NCBI GenBank assembly: GCA_044346705.1
Contig: JBIIYP010000013.1
Location: forward strand, 16,605 to 80,604
DNA: 64,000 bases
Source: Flavobacteriales bacterium
Lineage (GTDB): Bacteria > Bacteroidota > Bacteroidia > Flavobacteriales_F > PHOS-HE28
Reading direction: 5' to 3'
Shown here: piece after piece, positions 18,706-29,155 of the stretch
Position numbering within the stretch: the stretch's first letter is position 1
Layout of the letters: every line of letters starts with the position of its first letter
Translations under genes and position numbers: made by a program
Notes under the pieces: model-generated
The model's database searches: none
The model's input: the letters and a program-made list of their open reading frames with translations, nothing else
What the model was told of the DNA's origin: nothing

Positions 18706-19710
18706 ATGGATCTGGTGACCGGCGGAACGGGGATCGTGGGCTCGCACCTGCTGCTGCACTTGGTGGCTGCGGGACGTGATGTGCGGGCCACGCGCAGGCC
18801 GGAGAGCAACGTGGACGTGGTGCGTCGGGTGTTCAAGCATCACCGTGCCGATGGCGAGGCGCTCTTCGACCGAATTGCCTGGGTGGAGGCCGACATGCTG
18901 GACCCCATCGCCCTGGAGGACGCCATGCGGGGTGTGGAGCACGTATACCACAGCGCCGCGCTGGTGAGCTTCGATCCACGTGATGACCGGGAGCTTTTCG
19001 CTCAGAACATCACCGGCACGGCCAACGTGGTGAACGCAGCGCTCGCGGCCGGTGTGAAGCGCTTGTTGCACGTGAGCTCCAACGCCAGCATTGGCAAGAT
19101 GGTCGATGGTGTGCCGGCCAACGAGGCGAACGAATGGGAACGCGACGCCAACACTTCGGCCTATGCCGTGAGCAAGGTGGAGGCGGAACTGGAGGTGCAA
19201 CGCGGCATCGCCGAAGGGCTGGATGCGGTGCTGGTGAACCCCTGCATCGTGCTGGGACCGGGCGTTGCGGGGCGCAGCAGCATGACGATGGTGGAGCGCG
19301 TCCGTAAGGGCACGCGCTTCTATCCGCCGGGCAGCAATTCCGTGGTGGACGCGCGTGATGTAGCGGCCTTTTCCGTGGCGCTGATGGAGAAGGGCGCGAC
19401 CGGGGAGAAGCACCTGCTCGTGGGCGAGAACCTCTCCTACCAGCAGCTCTTCACGCTCATCGCCACGGCCTTCGGCAAGCCCGGGCCTGTGTACAAGCTG
19501 CAGAGCTGGATGCTCGGCCTGGCCTGGCGCATGGAACGGTTGCGCACGCTGTTCGGCGGCAAGCCGTTGATCACACGCCACACGGCGCATACGGCGATGA
19601 TGCTGCGCAGCTATGATGCTTCCAAGGCCATGCGCATCACCGGCCTGCATTTCCGCAGCGCCAAAGAGTCCGTGGCGGATGTGGTGCGCTACTTGGGCGC
19701 CGAGGGCTGA
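18706..19710 (+). CDS. NAD-dependent epimerase/dehydratase (extended SDR) family protein
   Basis: It has the N-terminal Rossmann motif VTGGTGIVGSHL and a YxxxK region. Confidence 0.7.
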   Translation: MDLVTGGTGIVGSHLLLHLVAAGRDVRATRRPESNVDVVRRVFKHHRADGEALFDRIAWVEADMLDPIALEDAMRGVEHVYHSAALVSFDPRDDRELFAQNITGTANVVNAALAAGVKRLLHVSSNASIGKMVDGVPANEANEWERDANTSAYAVSKVEAELEVQRGIAEGLDAVLVNPCIVLGPGVAGRSSMTMVERVRKGTRFYPPGSNSVVDARDVAAFSVALMEKGATGEKHLLVGENLSYQQLFTLIATAFGKPGPVYKLQSWMLGLAWRMERLRTLFGGKPLITRHTAHTAMMLRSYDASKAMRITGLHFRSAKESVADVVRYLGAEG

Positions 19711-20042
19711 GGCCGGTCGTTCTCCTTCAGGCTGTCGAGCTCGACGAGGATCTCCGCATAGATGGCCTTGAGCTCCTCCGGGTGTTCCGCGTAGTACTGG
19801 AAGGTGCGCTTGAACTGCTCCTCCGTGATCTGCTCCTCGGTGAAGAGTTCGGCATAGTAGTCCTTCACGGGGCTGTCCGGCCGATGGTCGATGACCATCT
19901 CGTGGTTCAGGCGGGCCTCCACCAACTGGGCGCGCAACAAAACCTGCTTGAACTTCCCCCGCTCCAACACATCGGTCGGTGGGGCCTCCGCATTGGAGCA
20001 CGCCGCCAACAGCAGGATGAAGGGCAGGAGGAAGCGCATCAC
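19689..20042 (-). CDS. Small lipoprotein (DUF4296-like)
   Basis: Signal and lipobox LLLAACS. Its ATG overlaps the pyrC stop in an ATGA overlap. Confidence 0.45.
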   Translation of the reverse strand: MMRFLLPFILLLAACSNAEAPPTDVLERGKFKQVLLRAQLVEARLNHEMVIDHRPDSPVKDYYAELFTEEQITEEQFKRTFQYYAEHPEELKAIYAEILVELDSLKENDRPQPSAPK

Positions 20043-21376
20043 CGGGTGAAGAGCAGGCGTTCACCACGCACATTGCGGTCCAGCTTCCCGTTGGCGTAAA
20101 CGTGATGGCCGTTCACGAAGGTGTGCTTCACCTGCGCCTGGAAGGTCTGCCCTTCAAAGGGGCTCCAGCCACATTTGTAGAGCAGGTTCTCGCGGCTCAC
20201 GGTCCAGGGTGCGTTAAGGTCCACCAGAACGATATCGGCATGGTGGCCTTCGCGGATGAACCCACGGTCCTCCACCTGGAAGAGGCGGGCAGGCGCATGC
20301 GCCAGCTTCTCCACCACCTGTTCCAGCGTGAACACGCCTTGATGCACCAGCTCCAACATGGCCACCAACGCATGCTGCACGAGCGGACCGCCGGAGGGGC
20401 ACTTCGCATAGGGGCGGGCCTTCTCCTCCAACGTATGCGGTGCGTGGTCCGTGGCCACCACATCGATGCGGCCTTCCACCACGGCACGACGAATGGCATC
20501 GCGGTCGGCGCGGGTCTTGATCGCGGGGTTCCACCTCACCAAGGGGCCTTTGTCGATATACGCCTGCTCATCGAACCACAGGTGGTGCACGCAGGCTTCG
20601 GCGGTGATCTTCTTACCGTCCAACGGCCCGGGCGCGAACAGCTCCAGCTCCTTCGCGGTGCTGATGTGGAGCACGTGAAGCCGCGTTCCGAACTCCTTCG
20701 CCCTGGCTACTGCCCTGCTGCTGCTCAGGAAGCAAGCCTCCTCACTCCGGATGAGCGGGTGCTCGGCAATGGGGATGTCCTCACCGTAGCGCGCAATTGC
20801 AGCGGCCATGTTCGCCTTGATCAGCGGATCGTCCTCGGCGTGCACCGAAATGATCATGTGCGCCTGGCGGAAAAGTTCATTCAGCACGGCCTCATCGTCG
20901 ATGAGCATGTCGCCCGTGCTGCTGCCGAGAAAGGCCTTCAGCCCGCAGACCGTGCGCGGATCGGTACGCAACACCTCGTCGAGGTTGGTGTTGCTGATGC
21001 CCATGTGGAAGGAATAGTTGGCCAGGCTGCTTGCGGCGCCGAGCCTGTACTTGTCGGCCAGCAGCTCTTGGGTGAGCGCGCTGGGCACCGTGTTGGGCAT
21101 CTCCATGAAGCTGGTGATGCCGCCGGCCACGGCCGCTGCGGAAGCGAAAGCGATGTCGTCCTTGTGGGTGAGGCCGGGCTCGCGGAAGTGCACCTGGTCA
21201 TCGATGGAGCCCGGTAACAGGTGAAGGCCTGCGGCATCGAGCTCCTTCGCGCCGCGGGCCTGGCCGATACCACGTTGCTCGATGCGTTCAATGCGGCCAC
21301 TGCGCAGGAGCACATCGGCCTGGTGGGTGGTGCCCTCGTTCACCACGGTGGCGTTGCGGATCAGCAGGTCGTTCAT
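20039..21376 (-). CDS. pyrC: Dihydroorotase (cyclic amidohydrolase family)
   Basis: It has the metal-binding HxH motif (ISVHAED..., ...HVLHIS...) and a length typical of multifunctional-type DHOase. Confidence 0.7.
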   Translation of the reverse strand: MNDLLIRNATVVNEGTTHQADVLLRSGRIERIEQRGIGQARGAKELDAAGLHLLPGSIDDQVHFREPGLTHKDDIAFASAAAVAGGITSFMEMPNTVPSALTQELLADKYRLGAASSLANYSFHMGISNTNLDEVLRTDPRTVCGLKAFLGSSTGDMLIDDEAVLNELFRQAHMIISVHAEDDPLIKANMAAAIARYGEDIPIAEHPLIRSEEACFLSSSRAVARAKEFGTRLHVLHISTAKELELFAPGPLDGKKITAEACVHHLWFDEQAYIDKGPLVRWNPAIKTRADRDAIRRAVVEGRIDVVATDHAPHTLEEKARPYAKCPSGGPLVQHALVAMLELVHQGVFTLEQVVEKLAHAPARLFQVEDRGFIREGHHADIVLVDLNAPWTVSRENLLYKCGWSPFEGQTFQAQVKHTFVNGHHVYANGKLDRNVRGERLLFTR

Positions 21377-22089
21377 CGCTGGGTGATGGTCCTCATCCGC
21401 CAAACGCCGATGATGGCCTCACGGAAGATGTTCGTGCTCATCTTGCTCTTGCCCTTCACCCGGTCGATGAAGGTGATGGGCACCTCGGTGATGGTGAACC
21501 CGGCGAGCTTGGCCCGGTACTTCATCTCGATCTGGAACGCATAGCCCACGAACTTGATCTCGTCCAGCGCGAGACGCTCAAGAACGTGCCTGCGGTAGCA
21601 CACGAAGCCGGCCGTGGTATCACGCACACCGAGCCACAGGATGGAGCGCACGTACAGCGACGCGCCCACGCTCAGCATGATGCGGTCCCACGACCAGTCC
21701 TTCACCTCTCCGCCTTTCACGTAACGCGACCCCACGCTCATATCGGCGCCACCTTCCGCGCATGCCGCATGGAGGCGAACAAGGTCATCCGGGTCGTGGC
21801 TGAAGTCCGCATCCATCTCGAAGATGAAGTCGTACTTGCGTTCGATGGCCCACTTGAAGCCGGTGATGTAGGCAGTGCCCAGGCCCAGCTTGCCCGCACG
21901 TTCGATCAGGTGGAGGCGGTCCGGCCATTGCTGTTGGAGCCGCTTCACGATGGCCGCCGTGCCATCGGGCGACCCGTCATCCACCACCAGCAGATGGAAC
22001 TCCGGCACCAGACGGAACACATGTCCGATGATGTCGGCGATGTTCTCCTTCTCGTTGTAGGTGGGGATGATGACCAGCCGTTCAGGCAA
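21373..22089 (-). CDS. GT2 polyprenol-phosphate mannose/glucose synthase-like glycosyltransferase
   Basis: The N-terminus IIPTYNEKENI and DDGSPDGT..., plus the DAD/ED motif (EMDADFSHDPDDL), are typical of the DPM1 family. Confidence 0.75.
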   Translation of the reverse strand: MPERLVIIPTYNEKENIADIIGHVFRLVPEFHLLVVDDGSPDGTAAIVKRLQQQWPDRLHLIERAGKLGLGTAYITGFKWAIERKYDFIFEMDADFSHDPDDLVRLHAACAEGGADMSVGSRYVKGGEVKDWSWDRIMLSVGASLYVRSILWLGVRDTTAGFVCYRRHVLERLALDEIKFVGYAFQIEMKYRAKLAGFTITEVPITFIDRVKGKSKMSTNIFREAIIGVWRMRTITQR

Positions 22090-22137
22090 GGGAGCGGGGA
22101 ATGGTCGGCAAAGATAGACCCGCCCCGATCGCCGTTG

Positions 22138-25100
22138 TCAACGCACAAGGGTCACACTGCCTGTGCGGTCCAGACGCTCTCCGGAATACGCATCCTTACC
22201 CGTGATCTTCCACACGTAAACGCCGACCGGCACGGGGTCACCATTGGGGAAGTTGCCGCTCCACTGCGCATCGGGATCGGCGGTGTCGAACAAGATCTGT
22301 CCCCAGCGATCCAAGATGAGGAAGCGGTGGTAGCGCCGGTCGACCCCTTGCATTACGGGGAAGAAGCGGTCGTTGATGCCATCGCCGTCCGGAGAGAAGG
22401 CGGTCGGCACGAACAAGCCGGCACCGGGTTCGATCGTCACCAGGGCGCAGGCGGTATCGAGGCAGGTCGGCGACACCGCGGCCGTCAGGCAGACCAGGTA
22501 GCTGTCCGAAAGCGCCGAGGGGAACTCGATCACCGGCTCCTGCTCGGTGCTCGCGGCGAAAGTGCCGAAGGACCAGAGGAAGGACGTGGCACCAAGGCTG
22601 TTGTTCTGGAAGGTGACGAGCGGCGCATTGGTGGTGATGACCTCCGGTGCGCTGGTGAAGCTGGCCACGGGCGCTGCATAGACCGCGATGGGCGCCTGGC
22701 CGGCCACCGTACCGCTGCACCCCGATCCAACATCGACCGTGAGGGTGACGACATAGTTCCCCGGCACATCGTAGACCACGGTATCACCGCCGCATTGGGA
22801 GGAGGTCTGTCCATTCCCGAGATCCCACAAGCAATTCCCTGCCACGGGCTGGTCCGTGCTGAACACCACCGACACCGGCGCACAGCCCTCACCCACCAAG
22901 CTGGTAATGGTCGGTTCCGGTACTGCGATGATCGTCACATCCACGGTGCTGCTCGCTTGAGGACACGGTGCCGGGGCGCTGACGGTATAGACATAGGCGC
23001 CGCCCATGGCGGAGGAAGGATCAAGCGCAGGGCCGCATGGAACGCCCCCAGGACCCATCCATGCGCCACCGGATTGTGGAGCTCCACCCAACGCTTGAAA
23101 AAGGTCGATCGGCGTTCCATTGGAGCAAGCGGTGACGCTGCCCGGTGTACCCGCATCGGCCACCGGGCTCACTCCCACCTGTACGACCGCATTGTCCGAT
23201 AGGCAGGGCGCGGTACCATCCACGGTGTAGACATAGGCACCTGGCGCATCCGTTCCGGGTTGGAAGGTCCCGGAAGGCACTGCGCCGTTGGGCCCGGACC
23301 AAAGTCCACCCGCCTGGGGTGCGCCACCCAATAAGATGAACAAGGACTGCGCGGCATCCGCACTGCAGAACATGACCATGGCATCCACGCCGGCAGAGGG
23401 TGCCTGGGAAACGGCCATGGTCACTGTGGCCGAGACCGAAGGACAAGGCAACGAAGGCGATACGGTGTAGACGTAATTGCCGGGGGACCCGGTGGCCGGC
23501 AAGAAGATCGCGCTCACTGCGCCACCGCCCGGACCGGTCCAAGAGCCACCGGGATCGGGTGTGCCACCGAGCAGGGTGAACAGGTCCACGGGCTGGGCCA
23601 CCGAACACAGCGTCGAACTGCCATCGCTGCCTGCATCACCGGCCTGCCCGATGGCCACGGTGACCGTGGCCTGGTCACCAGGACAACTGCCCGCACCAGG
23701 CAGGGAATACTGGAAAACACCGGCCGGACCGAGGGCTGGGTCCAAGGTGCCGGACATGGCCACACCACCAGGCCCGGTCCACCAACCCGTGGTGTCCGGC
23801 GTACCGCCCAAGGATGCGAAGAGGTCCATCACGGGGCCTGAGGAGCAGGCGGAGACAGCTGCGCTCTGTCCTGCATCCGGGCCGGCCAGAACACCGACCG
23901 TGACAACGGCTTGATCCGTGGGACAGCCCGGGCTCGAGATGGTATAGGTGTACGCTCCGGGAAGCGTATTCCCGGGAACGAACGGCCCGAAGAAGGGTGC
24001 TCCATTGGGATCGGTCCAGGTGCCGCCGACATCCGGAGTGCCGCCCAAGGCATTGAACAGGCCGAGCGGTGCGGTGCTGGTGCAGACCGAGAGCACCGAA
24101 TCGAGCCCGGCATCGACCGACAGCGAAACAAGGACCGTGAGCGTGGCAGTGGGCAGTGGACCCAGGCATGTGCCCGGAGCAGGAACGATGTACGTGTACG
24201 TGCCCGGGAGCCATGTGGCCGGATCGAAGGTCGAGGATACCACGGTGTTGTTGGGGTCCAGCCAGGTACCCGTACTATCGGGTGAACCAAGCAGGGAATC
24301 GGTCATGAACACGGGTGCTCCGGTCGCGCACAGCACGATGGAATTGCTGAGGCCCGCGGTCGGATCGGGCACCACATCCACGGTGATGATAGCGGTATCC
24401 GAAGCGCAGGCGATACCCTGAACGACATACGCGTAGGCTCCCTCCAGGGCGGAAGCAGGATCGAAGAGCCCGATGAACGGGGCTCCGTTGGGATCGGTCC
24501 ACGTGCCCGTGGTCATGGCGCCCGGAGCCAGCACGGAGCTCAAGGGGAAAGGGATGTAGTTCCCACAGACCACGAACTGCACATCCGCTCCGGCCAATGG
24601 CTGCGGCTCAACGGAGACCGTCACCGCGGCTTGATCGCTCACGCATGGCGCTGTCGCGGAGATCAGGTAGGTGTATGTGCCCGGAGCATCCACCGCGGGG
24701 TCGAAGCTCCCGTTGAAGACCGTACCCGCGGGACCGGTCCATGCACCGCCGCCCTGCGCACCTGCCAGCAAAGCGAAGAGGTCCGTTGATGCGGCGCTGG
24801 AGCACACCACGACGGCGGAATCAGTACCGGCGGAAGGTGATCCCGTCTCGCTCACCGTAACGGTCGCCTGATCGTTCGGGCACGGCGCTGTGCCGGTCAC
24901 CGTATAGCTGAACACACCTGGTGCATCCAGCTGCGGATCATAGGTGCCGCTGAAAGCCACACCCCCAGGGTCGGTCCAACCGCCACCGGATTGGGCACCG
25001 GTCAGCGCGCTCTCCAAACTCACCGCCCCGCCTTGGTCGCAAACGGTCAACGTACCGTCGACACCCGCATTCGCCGCATTCGTCACCGTCGTGGTCACCG

Positions 25101-28100
25101 TGGACTGGTCGTTCAGGCAGGGGGCGACACCCTGCACCGTATACGTGTAGACCCCTGGCACGTCCGTTGCCGGATCGAAGGTGCCGGAGAAGGCCGCTCC
25201 ACCAGGGGCCACCCATGTGCCGCCGGCCTGCGCACCGACCAAAGCGGTGGACAGGTCCGCTGGAGGACCGCTCGAACAGAACGCAAGGGACCCGTTCAGG
25301 CCTGCGTTCGCTGCGGCATTTTCGATCACCGTCACCGTGGACTGCGCATTGGGACAGGGCGCCGTTCCGTTGACGAGGTAGGTGTAGATGCCAGGGGCAT
25401 CGACCACGGGATCATAGATACCGGCGAAGGCACCACCGCCAGGGGTGCTCCAAGAGCCTCCCGGGGAAGCACCGTTCAACTGCGTGAAAAGGGAGATCTG
25501 CGCTCCTGGATCACAAACGGAGACCGCCGCGCTCGTGCCCGCATCCGGACCGATGACCTCGGCAACGGTGACGGTAGCTTGATCGCTGACGCAGGGCGCT
25601 GCCGCACTGATGAGATAGGTATACACGCCCGGAACATCCGACGTGGGATCATAGGTGCCGGTGAACGCAGCACCGCCAGGGGCGGTCCAGACGCCACCGG
25701 CCTGCGAACCGACAAGTGCAGTGAACAGATCGGCAGGTGCCGCGGTGCTGCACAGGGTGAGCGAACCATCGGCACCGGCGTTGGGCGAACCGGTCTCGGT
25801 AACGGTGACCGTGGCCTGGGAGCTTGGGCAAGGAACAGTACCGCCCAAGGTGTAGGTGTAGCCGCCGGATGCGTTCAGGGCAGGATCATACGTGCCTGAG
25901 AAGGCCACGCCGCCAGGCCCGGTCCAAACACCGCCAGGTTGCGCGCCCACGAGCAAGGCGAACAGATCCACCGGGGTGCCCAGGTCACAGACGACCGTCG
26001 CCAGATCCACGCCTGCATCGGAGGCCACGACCTCCGCAACGGTCACTGTGGACTGGTCGTTCGCGCATGGGGCGGAGCCGGGCAACACATAGGTGTACAC
26101 CCCGGCTGCATCCACGGCCGGATCATACGTGCCGCCGAAGGCCGCGCCACCCGGTGCCGTCCAGCTTCCACCGGCCTGGGCACCGCCCAACGAGGTGAAA
26201 AGCAATGCAGGGGCATCGCTGCTGCAGAGCGTGAGCGAGCCATCCGTTCCGGCATCCGCCGAAGCGGTGACCGACACCGCTACGGTGGATAGATCGTTCA
26301 CACAGGGTGCTGTGCCGGTCAACGTGTAGGTGTAAAGGCCAGAGGCATCAATGGCCGGGTCGAAGGTGCCGGAGAACGCCGCGCCACCCGGTGCGGTCCA
26401 GTTGCCTCCGGCCTGCGCACCGGTGAGCGAAGCGAACAACGCGACCGGCGCTGCCGTGGTGCACAGCGCCAGCGATCCGTTCGTTCCGGCGTCCGGGGCA
26501 AGCGCTTCCGTTACTATGACCGATGCACTGGTGTTGGGACAGGGCGAGGCTGAGGCCACCGTGTAGGTGAAGACACCCGGCCCGTCAGCAGCGGGATCAT
26601 AGGTACCACCAAAGGCTGCGCCACCCGGAGCGGTCCAGCTGCCACCGGCCTGGGGGCTTCCGCCGAGCGCGGTGAACAGTGCAAGGGGGCCATCCGTGCT
26701 GCACAACGCGACAGCTCCACTGGAACCGGCATCCGCGATCGTGATCTCCGTGACCGTTACCGCCGCCGTGGCGTTCACACAGGGCGCAGCACCGATCACC
26801 GTGTAGACGTAAGCCCCGGATGCATTGACCGCGGGATCGTAGGTGCCTGCGAAGGTTCCGCCACCCGGAGCGATCCATGACCCACCGGCTTGGGCAGTGC
26901 CACCCAACACCGGAAGCAAGGCTTGCGCTGCAGCCGTGGAACAGATGCCCAGGGACCCGCTCACACCGGCCACAGGCTGGGCAAGGACAGTTACGGTCAC
27001 GGTGGAGGCATCGCTGATACAGGGCGCCGAAGCGGGGATGGTATAGGTATAGAGGCCCGGGGCATCAGAGGAGGGGTCGAACCATGCACCGACCGGTGCG
27101 CCGAGGGGATCCGTCCATCCACCACCAACCTGAGCACCCGTAAGCGCCGCGAACAAGGACGTGGGCGCGCTCGTGCTGCACAGATCCAGAGTGCCATCGG
27201 CGCCGGCATTGGGGGCCAACAGCTCGTTCACTGTAACCGTCGCCGTGGCATCCGGACAGGCTCCACCACCGCTCACTCCATAGACGTAGGCGCCGGGTGC
27301 ATCGATCAACGGATCGTACGTACCACTGAACGGGGCCCCACCCGGAGCGGTCCAGGTACCGCCGGACTGTGGCGCTCCTCCAAGTTCACCGAAGAGTCCC
27401 TGGGGAACGCTAGTGGAGCAGAGGTCCACGCTGCTGTTCGCGCCGGCATTGGGAACGGCAAGCACCGTTACGGTGACCGTCGCATCGGCTGTGGCGCAGG
27501 AGTTACTGACCGTGTAGACATAGGCTCCTGCAGCGTCGGTCAGGGGGTTGAACGTGCTGGCATGCGGCGCTCCACCTGGCGCTGTCCACGCGCCACCGGT
27601 GGCCGGTGCCCCTCCCAATGAAGCGAAGAGGTCCACCGATGGACCACCGGCACAGGCATTCACGGCGGCGTCCGCGCCGGGATCAGGCAACGGTCCTCCT
27701 GCATCCACTGAAATGATGTTCACCGCAACGGACACCGTGTTCACGATCGGACAGGAGCCATCGTTCGCCTCCACGAGCACGTTCACCGGGCTGTTCAGCG
27801 GGTCACCGACCCAGCAGATGGTCGCAATGGCCGGGTTCGAACCGGTCACCGTAAAGGTGGCGCCCGGCAGCAGGATGGTGGCTTGGGAGATCACTTGAAG
27901 CACCGTCGCTGGATCGACATCGGTGAACACGATGTCCACGCAGAAGGGTTCCCCTTCGCAGACCTCGATGCTGGCCGGTCCGGTGATGGTGCCTCCGGTA
28001 TTGTTGGTGATGCTCGATGCCGTGGGTGCAATGCCGGTGCAGTTCAATACAACGAAGAGGATGTCACGCTGTACCGTACCGATCAATTGACCGTTCGCAT

Positions 28101-28872
28101 CGAACTCCTCCACCAGCACCACCACCACATAGTTCCCCACCACGGTGGGCGTGAAGGTGAGCTGTCCGGTGATCGGATCCAGGAGCACACCGGGAATGGG
28201 CACGGCACCCGAGTAACCGGGGTTGTAGGTGACCGCCGTGGGAGCCGGAGCCGCGTACTGACCGCTGACCAGCGAATAGACCAGGCTGTCGCCATCGGGC
28301 TCGGTAACACCGAAGTTGTAGTCCACCGGTTGGTTCACACACACATAGGGCAGCGACTGGTCGGTGAAGACCGGGGAGTTGTTGCATGCTGCGTTGAGGT
28401 TGTCCAGGGTGGCCTCTACATAGATGCCGGGCAAGGCGGCCACGTTGATGGTCGTGTTCCTGCAGCAGATATCCCAGCTGATCGTCCATGAATCACAGGG
28501 CGCAAGCACCACCACCACATCGAACTGGTAGAGCTCAATACCGGGCAGGGCACCACCATTGCACGTGCTGTTGGGCAGCGCCGAGGGACAGAGCTGCGAC
28601 ACCTCCGTTGCCACGGGGGGCGGCAGGTTGTTCAACGTGAATTGCGAACCGCAATCGCTCTGGAGATCGAGGCTTTGGGAAATGATCTGGAAGCCCGAGC
28701 AATCCAGGAACAGGTCCAGGTGGACCAGGTACTGATTACCGCCAAGGCATTCGTAGGTGATGCTGGCTCCGGAATAATGGGCTGCACGCGCCGGCATCAC
28801 CCACACCAGCAGCAACGCCGGCAGTGTTGTGCGCCACTGGGGACGGCACCGGGAAAGGAGGCGCGCGCACAT
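22138..28872 (-). CDS. Giant cell-surface adhesin-like protein (2244 aa) with ~20 tandem ~79-aa SprB-like/Ig-like repeats and a T9SS type B (gliding motility-associated) C-terminal sorting domain
   Basis: It has an N-terminal signal peptide. The repeat unit is ...GGxWTAPGGAxFxGTYDPxxDAxGxYTYTxxGxAPCxNDxxTVTVxV. The C-terminus is ...FSPDGDGINDRFFP...LILDRWGQILFDTADPDAQWSGNF...VYVWKITGKDAYSGERLDRTGSVTLVR. Confidence 0.8.
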   Translation of the reverse strand: MCARLLSRCRPQWRTTLPALLLVWVMPARAAHYSGASITYECLGGNQYLVHLDLFLDCSGFQIISQSLDLQSDCGSQFTLNNLPPPVATEVSQLCPSALPNSTCNGGALPGIELYQFDVVVVLAPCDSWTISWDICCRNTTINVAALPGIYVEATLDNLNAACNNSPVFTDQSLPYVCVNQPVDYNFGVTEPDGDSLVYSLVSGQYAAPAPTAVTYNPGYSGAVPIPGVLLDPITGQLTFTPTVVGNYVVVVLVEEFDANGQLIGTVQRDILFVVLNCTGIAPTASSITNNTGGTITGPASIEVCEGEPFCVDIVFTDVDPATVLQVISQATILLPGATFTVTGSNPAIATICWVGDPLNSPVNVLVEANDGSCPIVNTVSVAVNIISVDAGGPLPDPGADAAVNACAGGPSVDLFASLGGAPATGGAWTAPGGAPHASTFNPLTDAAGAYVYTVSNSCATADATVTVTVLAVPNAGANSSVDLCSTSVPQGLFGELGGAPQSGGTWTAPGGAPFSGTYDPLIDAPGAYVYGVSGGGACPDATATVTVNELLAPNAGADGTLDLCSTSAPTSLFAALTGAQVGGGWTDPLGAPVGAWFDPSSDAPGLYTYTIPASAPCISDASTVTVTVLAQPVAGVSGSLGICSTAAAQALLPVLGGTAQAGGSWIAPGGGTFAGTYDPAVNASGAYVYTVIGAAPCVNATAAVTVTEITIADAGSSGAVALCSTDGPLALFTALGGSPQAGGSWTAPGGAAFGGTYDPAADGPGVFTYTVASASPCPNTSASVIVTEALAPDAGTNGSLALCTTAAPVALFASLTGAQAGGNWTAPGGAAFSGTFDPAIDASGLYTYTLTGTAPCVNDLSTVAVSVTASADAGTDGSLTLCSSDAPALLFTSLGGAQAGGSWTAPGGAAFGGTYDPAVDAAGVYTYVLPGSAPCANDQSTVTVAEVVASDAGVDLATVVCDLGTPVDLFALLVGAQPGGVWTGPGGVAFSGTYDPALNASGGYTYTLGGTVPCPSSQATVTVTETGSPNAGADGSLTLCSTAAPADLFTALVGSQAGGVWTAPGGAAFTGTYDPTSDVPGVYTYLISAAAPCVSDQATVTVAEVIGPDAGTSAAVSVCDPGAQISLFTQLNGASPGGSWSTPGGGAFAGIYDPVVDAPGIYTYLVNGTAPCPNAQSTVTVIENAAANAGLNGSLAFCSSGPPADLSTALVGAQAGGTWVAPGGAAFSGTFDPATDVPGVYTYTVQGVAPCLNDQSTVTTTVTNAANAGVDGTLTVCDQGGAVSLESALTGAQSGGGWTDPGGVAFSGTYDPQLDAPGVFSYTVTGTAPCPNDQATVTVSETGSPSAGTDSAVVVCSSAASTDLFALLAGAQGGGAWTGPAGTVFNGSFDPAVDAPGTYTYLISATAPCVSDQAAVTVSVEPQPLAGADVQFVVCGNYIPFPLSSVLAPGAMTTGTWTDPNGAPFIGLFDPASALEGAYAYVVQGIACASDTAIITVDVVPDPTAGLSNSIVLCATGAPVFMTDSLLGSPDSTGTWLDPNNTVVSSTFDPATWLPGTYTYIVPAPGTCLGPLPTATLTVLVSLSVDAGLDSVLSVCTSTAPLGLFNALGGTPDVGGTWTDPNGAPFFGPFVPGNTLPGAYTYTISSPGCPTDQAVVTVGVLAGPDAGQSAAVSACSSGPVMDLFASLGGTPDTTGWWTGPGGVAMSGTLDPALGPAGVFQYSLPGAGSCPGDQATVTVAIGQAGDAGSDGSSTLCSVAQPVDLFTLLGGTPDPGGSWTGPGGGAVSAIFLPATGSPGNYVYTVSPSLPCPSVSATVTMAVSQAPSAGVDAMVMFCSADAAQSLFILLGGAPQAGGLWSGPNGAVPSGTFQPGTDAPGAYVYTVDGTAPCLSDNAVVQVGVSPVADAGTPGSVTACSNGTPIDLFQALGGAPQSGGAWMGPGGVPCGPALDPSSAMGGAYVYTVSAPAPCPQASSTVDVTIIAVPEPTITSLVGEGCAPVSVVFSTDQPVAGNCLWDLGNGQTSSQCGGDTVVYDVPGNYVVTLTVDVGSGCSGTVAGQAPIAVYAAPVASFTSAPEVITTNAPLVTFQNNSLGATSFLWSFGTFAASTEQEPVIEFPSALSDSYLVCLTAAVSPTCLDTACALVTIEPGAGLFVPTAFSPDGDGINDRFFPVMQGVDRRYHRFLILDRWGQILFDTADPDAQWSGNFPNGDPVPVGVYVWKITGKDAYSGERLDRTGSVTLVR
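22950..27750. repeat. Tandem array of ~20 imperfect ~237-bp repeats inside the adhesin gene
   Basis: Spurious plus-strand ORFs beginning MP.KA.PPG.V.PPA.AP recur at a ~237-bp spacing (24944, 25181, 25655, 25892...). Repeated protein modules are visible in the translation. Confidence 0.8.
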
Positions 28873-29076
28873 GGTCCTTATCCTTTGGCCCGGCACCGGC
28901 CGACCCGCAGGGCCGCAAAGGTACCCTGTTCACGTGGGCCTGTCATCTTTTATTCATCGACTAACCGCTTGACGGTCAGCGGGTATGAACAAAGTTCAGG
29001 ATCCACGCGACCCTCACCTCGAAGGAACATGATCGAAGTGCCCGGGGAATGTACTTTTGCCAGCCTTTCGGACAAG

Positions 29077-29095
29077 GCATCCTCAAGCAGGATGC
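29077..29095. promoter_or_regulatory. Perfect 7-bp inverted repeat gcatcct-caagc-aggatgc ~60 bp upstream of the outer-membrane protein gene (candidate operator)
   Basis: Read directly. It lies in the divergent promoter region between the adhesin gene and 29156. Confidence 0.3.
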
Positions 29096-29155
29096 AGGCC
29101 CGGCGGACCTGTGCACGAACGACCGGCTGAACACCGCGAACCTCCTTCGCCCTGC

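Noticed and set aside
18673-20073. 466-aa minus-strand ORF antisense to the epimerase
   Set aside because: Composition artefact. The epimerase frame has a Rossmann motif.
23000-27700. Many 60-300-aa ORFs on both strands inside the adhesin gene (for example the MP.KA.PPG... series)
   Set aside because: These are periodic artefacts of the 237-bp tandem repeat in the real 2244-aa minus-strand gene.
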